From the NCBI GenBank assembly GCA_963771075.1, contig CAVYSE010000001.1, forward strand, positions 64,001-128,000: a stretch of DNA of 64,000 bases. Reading direction: 5' to 3'. The first letter of the stretch is position 1; every line of letters begins with the position of its first letter. The notes under the pieces were generated by a model that was not told the DNA's origin, made no database searches, and saw nothing but the letters and a program-made list of their open reading frames with translations. This DNA comes from a candidate division FCPU426 bacterium. GTDB taxonomy: Bacteria > Oederibacteriota > Muellerivitia > Muellerivitales > Muellerivitaceae. Below, one piece after another: positions 57,463 to 64,000 of the stretch. Position numbers and translations under genes: made by a program.

Positions 57463-58497
57463 ATGTATGGCCGGATATCAAACTTTAACGGGAAACTTTC
57501 AGTGCCATTTAAATTCGCGCTTCTTTTGACCTTTCTTCTTGTCCCGGCGCTTCTCGTTCGGGCTGATGAAGAGGCGCCCCCTCAAGGCATGGTGAGGTTT
57601 GAATCGGTGTCAGGGACCGTCGCGGTTCAAGCTTTGGGCGGAATGACCCGGGCGGTTCAAAAAGGCGACGAGGCTTACTCGGGCGAAACAATCACGGTCG
57701 CTGAAAAATCCCAATCGCAAATCATGCTCTCGGACGGTTCCACCCTGGATCTCTTCGCGAACTCCCGCATGGCCCTTGCCAAGCTCAAGCAAACCAACGG
57801 TGTCAAAAACTTTTTCTTCAAGCTCGGGCTCGGGAAGGTCTACGCCACCGTTACCAAGTTGATGAATTCCAATTCTTCCTTCGAGGTGGATGCGGGCGGG
57901 ATCGTATGCGGTGTCCGGGGTACGGAGTTCTCGGTGGATTACGACCCTGCGACGAATAAGGTGGGGCTGAACGTGGTGCAGGGGGTGGTGGCGGCGGGCG
58001 CCGGAGGACAGGTGCAAAACATCACGGCGGGCCAGCACGTGACGTTTATCAATGGGCACAGCGAAGGGAACCCGCTGGGGTCCGGGCCCACTTCCAAGAC
58101 GACAGGCAAACCCGCGGGCGGGACGAATACGGGGAACGGCCAAGGTAATTCCCAGGGCGGAAACAATACTGGAGGAAGTTCCAACTCGGGCTCGAACGGC
58201 AATGCGCCGCCCAACGGCAATGGGGGAACCAATTCCGGTTCAAGTTCCAACGGCGGTGTTCAGGGCGGGTCCTCTTCGACCGGCGGCAGCCCGACCGGAA
58301 CCAGCGAAACGGGGACGGGGACCACCAACCCCAGTTCCTCTTCCGCGGCGCCACCTTTAGATACCAATTCAGCCTTGGGCGATTTGAACAGCCAATTCAC
58401 GACAGGCATTCTGGTCAACACCGACAACAACTTTAATTCGGCCCAGCAAACCCTGACCATCCATCTGGTCGTGCCCGGCCGGGAGGTGGGACCGTGA
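57463..58497 (+). CDS. Exported FecR-domain protein with Gly/Ser/Asn-rich linker (start approximate)
   Basis: Signal peptide; LSDGSTLDLFANS, FEVDAG...GVRGTEFSV, VVQGVV. Confidence 0.8.
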   Translation: MYGRISNFNGKLSVPFKFALLLTFLLVPALLVRADEEAPPQGMVRFESVSGTVAVQALGGMTRAVQKGDEAYSGETITVAEKSQSQIMLSDGSTLDLFANSRMALAKLKQTNGVKNFFFKLGLGKVYATVTKLMNSNSSFEVDAGGIVCGVRGTEFSVDYDPATNKVGLNVVQGVVAAGAGGQVQNITAGQHVTFINGHSEGNPLGSGPTSKTTGKPAGGTNTGNGQGNSQGGNNTGGSSNSGSNGNAPPNGNGGTNSGSSSNGGVQGGSSSTGGSPTGTSETGTGTTNPSSSSAAPPLDTNSALGDLNSQFTTGILVNTDNNFNSAQQTLTIHLVVPGREVGP

Positions 58498-60221
58498 GCC
58501 GCCCATTCCCCCTTCCACCCGTTCCTTATCTGGTATCGGCGGCCCTGATCGTCCTGTGCCCGCCTTGGTCTTACGGAGGAGTGGTTCAGCCGATGGGGAG
58601 GTTGACGTCCGCGATGGGTTCGGTCAGCGTGAGGGGGGAAGTCGTCCCCCGGGAAAAACGCCAAATCCTGGCAGGGGACCGCATCCTGACCGGGAGCAAA
58701 GGCCGTACGGTCTTGGAACTATTGGATGGGACGGTGGTGCGAATGGAACCCGGTACCTCCTTGATCGTGAATGAGGGGGACCAGGGAAAAGCCCATATTC
58801 TTAAGATGATGTGGGGAAAATTGGAAGTGGAGGGCGCGGCCGGGTCCAAGAAGACCCTGGTCAAAACGGGAGAATTGGAATTTTCCTCGGCCCAATCGCG
58901 ATACACGGCGGATTACGACCCGGACCGGAAAGCTGCCCATTTAAAGGTGGAAAAAGGCGAGGTCACCCTGTCCTTTAGGGGGAAAACGGTGCAGGTGGCG
59001 GAGGGGCAGAAGGTCAATTTAAGTTCCGTGAATTCAAACCCGGTCCAGGTCGCTTCGGCCCTTGCGGTACCCCCAACCGCCGCCCAGCCTGTTTCCGCCG
59101 TTCAACCCACCCCGGTGCGGATGGCAGAGGCGCCGAAACCCAAACCTGCCGGTTCCACCACATTCCAATTGGCCCTAGGGGAGCAACTTGAGGCCTGGGA
59201 CGCCAACAGTTCCCAACCTTACGACGGTTGGGAAATCTGGACGCCCTTGACGGTTTGGGCCAGCCCCTGGAAAGGGGTCCGGCTCTATGGGCAAACGGAG
59301 TTCGGCCAGGGAAATTACACCGACTCCCTTTACGGACCCGAGACCCAAACCTTGACCAACTTCACGGACAGCGTGGCGGGGTTCGAGGCGAGCTTCAACA
59401 GCTTCAACCTGCCGTCCATCTTGAACGTCGCGTTCAACATCCCGACCGGGGACCCTTCCTGGGAGACGCGGCAAACGAATTCGATCATCCCGACGGAGTT
59501 CATCGACAGCCGGTACCGGGGCCGGGGTTTCGGAATGAGCGCCTTTTACGGGTTCTCGATGCCGGCGGGGAAGGATCAATACGCCCTGGCCTTGGGGTAC
59601 ATGTATGCGGGGGCGTTCAACCCGAATTACGGGCTGGGGGCGCAGGCGGAGCAGTTGAAGCTGGGGGACGCGATGTTCCTTTCCATGAACCGGGTGGTGG
59701 ACCAGGGGGGCGGCCAAAGCGACATCCTCCGGCTTTCGGCATTTTATTTCCTACCGACCCTGCAGGACGGCCAGAACCTGCTCCAGATGGGTCCCAACAT
59801 CAACGCTTCCTATACCTGGTCGAACCCCAAGGGGTTTTCCTGCGAGGCGGGCGGACAGTATTTCTTTGCGAACCAACAGGGGGTGAACGGCCAGCTGCAA
59901 ACCGAACCTTACAACTCCTACGGGCCGAGGTTTTACCTGAGGCCAAGCTTGGGGCTGGGGAACCTGTCCCTGGGGGTGCGGATGAAATACATCCTGGGGA
60001 ACGGCTATCCCGAGAGCGATCCCTTCTACGACGGCGGGGGGTTCCTGGTGGGGGCGGGCCCCAGTTATCTTTTGCCGTTGGATGGGGCATCCACGCTGAA
60101 ACTGACGGCGGGGTTTGATTACGTGGCGGCGCACCATTACGCCCTAGACGCGGCGATGGACCGGGTGGACATGGATTACACGCATTGGACCCTCGGGACG
60201 ACCTATGAGGTGAGGCTATGA
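58494..60221 (+). CDS. FecR-like domain fused to a putative outer-membrane beta-barrel
   Basis: GDRILTG..GRTVLELLDGTVVRMEPGT and VEKGEV (FecR-like). C-terminal ~350 aa are amphipathic aromatic-rich strands ending WTLGTTYEVRL. Confidence 0.7.
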   Translation: MSRPFPLPPVPYLVSAALIVLCPPWSYGGVVQPMGRLTSAMGSVSVRGEVVPREKRQILAGDRILTGSKGRTVLELLDGTVVRMEPGTSLIVNEGDQGKAHILKMMWGKLEVEGAAGSKKTLVKTGELEFSSAQSRYTADYDPDRKAAHLKVEKGEVTLSFRGKTVQVAEGQKVNLSSVNSNPVQVASALAVPPTAAQPVSAVQPTPVRMAEAPKPKPAGSTTFQLALGEQLEAWDANSSQPYDGWEIWTPLTVWASPWKGVRLYGQTEFGQGNYTDSLYGPETQTLTNFTDSVAGFEASFNSFNLPSILNVAFNIPTGDPSWETRQTNSIIPTEFIDSRYRGRGFGMSAFYGFSMPAGKDQYALALGYMYAGAFNPNYGLGAQAEQLKLGDAMFLSMNRVVDQGGGQSDILRLSAFYFLPTLQDGQNLLQMGPNINASYTWSNPKGFSCEAGGQYFFANQQGVNGQLQTEPYNSYGPRFYLRPSLGLGNLSLGVRMKYILGNGYPESDPFYDGGGFLVGAGPSYLLPLDGASTLKLTAGFDYVAAHHYALDAAMDRVDMDYTHWTLGTTYEVRL

Positions 60222-63103
60222 CCCACCCACCCAAACTCGCGCGGAAATGGGCGGTCTTGGCGGCCTTGGGCCTGGGTTTGCTGGTGCCGGCCTATTGGGG
60301 ATGCCAGAACCGCAACAATTCCCCCACGGCGCCGGTGGGGCCGGTGAGAGGGGTTTCGTTAGGGATCAAATTGCCGGTGAGCCAGGAAGTGAAGGCGAGC
60401 CTGCTGGGGGTGGCAAGCAACGAGGTGTGGTACCAGGTCACGGGCCCCAACATGTCGCCGGTAACGGGCGTGGCGGGGCCCTACAGCACGTCGGCGGACT
60501 CGGGGGAGGTGGATTTTTCGATCGTCTTGTCCCAAGGGTCCTCCCGGTTGATGGCGTTCCAATTGAACAACGCGGCGAACCACCAGCCCCTTGCCTTGGG
60601 CGCGGTGCAGATGGACATCAACGCGGGCGGGGTGAGCGACGTCTGGGTGACGGTGGGGTCGGTGGCGCGCAACTGCTACGTAGTGGACACTTCCTATTAC
60701 GGCGGGAACGTTTATTTCACCTTCCAATCAGACAGCCTCTCCCCGAGCGTGGCGGGGGACATCGGCGTTACGGTGGTCTCGGGAGGCTACAACCTGGTGG
60801 CCGAGGGTGCGAACCAGATCGCCTACCTGGGGAACGGCCCCTTGGTGGATTACGCCGCGGCCCCCGCGACCTTCACGCAAACTTCCTCCTCGGCGGCGAA
60901 GGGGGCCGCGGGGGTTTCGCCAACCTATCTGCAAGCGGGGGATGTCTATTGCGTGAGCCTGGGGGCCAACGGGGCCCTGGGGCACGCCTGGCTTCAAATC
61001 ATCAACCCGAGCCAGCCTTTCTCGACGATCTCCACGGGTCCGAAGTTCCTGTATCGGTTCAACCACAACCTGCCCTATTTCGCCTATGACGAGACGACGG
61101 CGGACGCGGTATCCAACTGCTCGACGCCGATCCCGACCTATACGATGATTATCGCCAACACCCTTACCCCCACGGCCACGATCACCCCGAGCCAGACGCC
61201 GGTCCCCACGAACAGCTCCACCCCAACCCCTTCCCAAACGGCCACCAGCACCACGGTTCTTACCGCGACCTCCACGCTTACGGCGACCCTGCCCCCGGCC
61301 ACCCCTACGGCCACTGGCACAGCGACCGGCACCTATAGCGCCACCCAAAGCCCCACTTTCAGCCCAACAACTACCAACACGATGACGCCCACACCCACGG
61401 GGACCGCTACGGGGACCGAAACCATCACCCTGACAGCCTCAATTTCGCCCACGATCACAAGCACCAATACCCTGACGCCGACGATCACGAATACGATGAC
61501 GCTGACACCCACCACCACCGACACTGTCACGCTCACGCCCACGGTAACCGACACTTCCACCAGTACGATCACCTTAACGCCGACGCTCACGCTGACTCCG
61601 ACGGTCACCACTACCTACACGAATACGAACACCTTGACCCCATCCGTCACATTGACTCCCACGGTTACCGATACATCCACCAGTACGGTCACCTTAACAC
61701 CAACGAGCACGCTGACTCCGACGGTCACCACTACCTACACCAACACGAACACCTTGACCCCGTCCGTAACATTGACTCCCACGGTTACCGATACTTCCAC
61801 CAGTACGGTTACCTTAACGCCGACGATCACCTTGACACCGTCGGTCACCACTACCTCCACCAACACGAATACATTAACGCCAACGGTTACACTGACTCCC
61901 ACAGTCACCGATACTTCCACCAGTACGGTCACCTTAACGCCGCCGACCACGCTGACTCCGACGGTCACCACTACCTACACCAACACGAACACCTTGACCC
62001 CTTCCGTCACATTAACTCCCACGGTTACCGATACTTCCACCAGTACGGTTACCTTAACGCCGACGACAACCTTGACGCCGTCGGTTACCACTACCTACAC
62101 CAACACGATCACCTTGACCCCGTCTGTCACATTGACTTCCACACTCACCGATACTTCCACCAGTACTGTCACCTTTACCCCGACAGTCACCTTGACACCG
62201 TCGGTCACCACTACCTACACCAACACGATTACCTCCACCCCCTCCATCACATTGACTCCCACGGTCACCCCGACCTCGACGAATACAGGCACCCAGAGTT
62301 TCACCCCCACTATCACCAATTCGGCCACGACTACGGCCACGGTGACGCCGACGCCCACGGCGACATTGACGGTGGTGTCTATCCCGGATCCGAATCTTTT
62401 GGCGGGAATTCAAACCGCCTTGAGCCAAAACGGCTCTTACCAACCGACGAATTATGACATGATGAGCCTGACTACCTTGAGCTTGGCCAGCAAGGGAATT
62501 ACGAGCATCGCGGGTCTTCAATATTGCTCAAACCTGACCCAGCTAAATTTGAATAGTAATTCGATCACCGATATGAGCCCGGTGACAGGCTTAACGAAGC
62601 TCACAGTCCTCGAACTGAACAGCAACCAGATCAGCAATGTCCCGAGTCTCGGTGGAATGACATCCTTGGGGATTTTTTACCTTAGCAGTAATCCCATCAA
62701 TGGGAATATTTCCTTCATGAGCAATATGCCGTCAAGTCTCCAGGCCTTGGTCCTGGAAAGCGACAATATCACGAGTATGCCCAGTACCTCCGGAAACTTG
62801 ACCCAGTTGGATTTATCCTATAACCAATTGACTTCGATGAACGGCGGCGATGTATTGCAGACTTTGATTTTATCCAACAACCCACTCACCACCTTGAGCG
62901 GCTTGACCGGGGGTGGATGGACCCTTACCACGCTCGATGTGAGTTATACCGGTATTACGGACTTGTCCCCGGTCGTAACCCTTGCCCAGTCGGGCTATAG
63001 CAACCTAAGTTCTTTGATTGTTACGGGGGACCCCTTGTCGACTGCCGCAACCACCACCCAGATTCCATTGATACAGGCCACCGGTGTCAGTGTGACGCAA
63101 TAA
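60218..63103 (+). CDS. Lipoprotein with beta-rich N-domain, Thr/Pro stalk and C-terminal internalin-like LRR domain
   Basis: Lipobox-like AYWG-C; IPDPNL cap; LxxLxLxxNxI repeats (LTQLNLNSNSITD, LTVLELNSNQISN). Confidence 0.85.
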   Translation: MTHPPKLARKWAVLAALGLGLLVPAYWGCQNRNNSPTAPVGPVRGVSLGIKLPVSQEVKASLLGVASNEVWYQVTGPNMSPVTGVAGPYSTSADSGEVDFSIVLSQGSSRLMAFQLNNAANHQPLALGAVQMDINAGGVSDVWVTVGSVARNCYVVDTSYYGGNVYFTFQSDSLSPSVAGDIGVTVVSGGYNLVAEGANQIAYLGNGPLVDYAAAPATFTQTSSSAAKGAAGVSPTYLQAGDVYCVSLGANGALGHAWLQIINPSQPFSTISTGPKFLYRFNHNLPYFAYDETTADAVSNCSTPIPTYTMIIANTLTPTATITPSQTPVPTNSSTPTPSQTATSTTVLTATSTLTATLPPATPTATGTATGTYSATQSPTFSPTTTNTMTPTPTGTATGTETITLTASISPTITSTNTLTPTITNTMTLTPTTTDTVTLTPTVTDTSTSTITLTPTLTLTPTVTTTYTNTNTLTPSVTLTPTVTDTSTSTVTLTPTSTLTPTVTTTYTNTNTLTPSVTLTPTVTDTSTSTVTLTPTITLTPSVTTTSTNTNTLTPTVTLTPTVTDTSTSTVTLTPPTTLTPTVTTTYTNTNTLTPSVTLTPTVTDTSTSTVTLTPTTTLTPSVTTTYTNTITLTPSVTLTSTLTDTSTSTVTFTPTVTLTPSVTTTYTNTITSTPSITLTPTVTPTSTNTGTQSFTPTITNSATTTATVTPTPTATLTVVSIPDPNLLAGIQTALSQNGSYQPTNYDMMSLTTLSLASKGITSIAGLQYCSNLTQLNLNSNSITDMSPVTGLTKLTVLELNSNQISNVPSLGGMTSLGIFYLSSNPINGNISFMSNMPSSLQALVLESDNITSMPSTSGNLTQLDLSYNQLTSMNGGDVLQTLILSNNPLTTLSGLTGGGWTLTTLDVSYTGITDLSPVVTLAQSGYSNLSSLIVTGDPLSTAATTTQIPLIQATGVSVTQ
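61525..62260 (+). repeat. 120-bp (40-aa) intragenic tandem repeat, about 6 copies
   Basis: TVTDTSTSTVTLTPT.TLTP.VTTTYTNTNTLTPSVTLTP recurring at 61541, 61661, 61781, 61901, 62021 and 62141. Confidence 0.93.
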
Positions 63104-63192
63104 TCCTTTCGAGCCTGCTAGGAAATAAGATCACTGAAAGGGATCCAGTCTGACCCTGTTTACCACTCGGGCCGCCCTTTTGAACTCGATTC

Positions 63193-63226
63193 TTCCGATT
63201 TTCATTTCACCACCCTTTCGCCCGCA
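63193..63226 (+). repeat. 34-bp direct repeat left of higBA
   Basis: TTCCGATTTTCATTTCACCACCCTTTCGCCCGCA; 31/34 identical to 63894-63927. Confidence 0.9.
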
Positions 63227-63265
63227 CGTTTCCCATTGGAATTGAATCCCACTCGGCTAGTCCGC

Positions 63266-63294
63266 TTGACGTATTACGTACCTCGTAATACCAT
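63266..63294 (+). promoter_or_regulatory. higBA promoter with palindromic HigA operator
   Basis: TTGACG-17 nt-TACCAT; inverted repeat GTATTACG-TACCT-CGTAATAC at 63271-63291. Confidence 0.85.
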
Positions 63295-63299
63295 TAATC

Positions 63300-63578
63300 A
63301 TGATTCGATCTTTCCGTGATAAAGACGCTGAGGCGCTTTTTTACGACAACGCGGTTCCTCGTTTCAGGAACATTGAGCGCGTGGCCCGGCGGAAGTTGCT
63401 TTATTTAAAAGCGGCCGAGCGGCTTGAAGATTTGCGGGTCCCGCCCGGAAACCAGTTAGAAGCCTTGAAGGGGGACCGAAAGGGTCAACATAGCATTCGT
63501 ATCAATGACCAATGGCGGGTTTGTTTTCGCTGGCACAACGGGGAAGTGTTGGATGTTGAGATTGTTGATTACCATTGA
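63300..63578 (+). CDS. higB: Type II toxin HigB (RelE/ParE family)
   Basis: MIRSFRDK...DLRVPPGNQLEALKGDRKGQHSIRINDQWRVCFRW...VEIVDYH. Confidence 0.95.
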   Translation: MIRSFRDKDAEALFYDNAVPRFRNIERVARRKLLYLKAAERLEDLRVPPGNQLEALKGDRKGQHSIRINDQWRVCFRWHNGEVLDVEIVDYH

Positions 63579-63586
63579 GGGGAACG

Positions 63587-63892
63587 ATGAATACAAAAAC
63601 AAAGAAGTTGGAACCTATCCATCCCGGGGAAGTGCTTTATGAGGAATTTATGAAGCCGATGGGCATCAGCATCAACCAATTGGCCCGGGACGTTATGGTG
63701 CCGCCCAATCGGATTAGCGGTATCGTGAACAGTGGCCGCTCGATTACCGCTGACACGGCATTGCGGCTTGGAAAGTATTTTGGCGTTTCACCGGAAACAT
63801 GGCTCAACCTTCAAACCGATTACGATCTTCGTCTTGCTCAATTGGGGGGGTGGTCCAAAATCGAGTCCCGAATCCACGCTCACACGGCTTGA
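63587..63892 (+). CDS. higA: Antitoxin HigA (HTH)
   Basis: PIHPGEVLYEEFM...RSITADTALRLGKYFG.SPETWLNLQ..YDL. Confidence 0.95.
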   Translation: MNTKTKKLEPIHPGEVLYEEFMKPMGISINQLARDVMVPPNRISGIVNSGRSITADTALRLGKYFGVSPETWLNLQTDYDLRLAQLGGWSKIESRIHAHTA

Positions 63893-63893
63893 G

Positions 63894-63927
63894 TTCTGAT
63901 TTTCATTTCACCACCCTATCGCTCGCA
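63894..63927 (+). repeat. 34-bp direct repeat right of higBA
   Basis: TTCTGATTTTCATTTCACCACCCTATCGCTCGCA, starting 1 nt after the higA stop. Confidence 0.9.
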
Positions 63928-64000
63928 AATTCTCAATTACGAACAAAGGTTCCAACCCGAACCTATGGCGCATTAAGTCACTTTATAGAGCCTATCCCCG

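Overview
Bacterial chromosomal window from a probably diderm, probably uncultured lineage. The Thr/Pro-stalk surface proteins recall candidate phyla such as FCPU426 or Goldbacteria; this is an inference to test with the 16S gene. The core genes are thiS-thiG-thiE, def-fmt-rsmB, tRNA-Leu(GAG), oppD/oppF, a B12-radical SAM gene, a complete rRNA operon (16S, tRNA-Ile, tRNA-Ala, 23S, 5S) and korAB. Accessory content: (i) four very large secreted proteins with alternating-Thr stalks; three of them and an orphan fragment end in a shared T9SS/FlgD-like C-terminal domain (K-h-h-h-h-R-stop). (ii) A putative ceramide synthesis trio (SPT, GNAT bCerS-like, CerR-like reductase). (iii) Two GT-C membrane glycosyltransferases, one DUF2723/TMEM260-like. 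(iv) A tightly coupled FecR / FecR-beta-barrel / LRR-lipoprotein operon. (v) A 3-kb patch of gene debris bracketed by a 32-bp direct repeat; its core TCTGACCCYGTTTAC recurs next to a higBA module that is itself flanked by 34-bp direct repeats. (vi) An unannotated 13-aa Lys-rich micro-ORF with a perfect RBS and its own terminator. Several genes carry small indels that look like long-read assembly errors.
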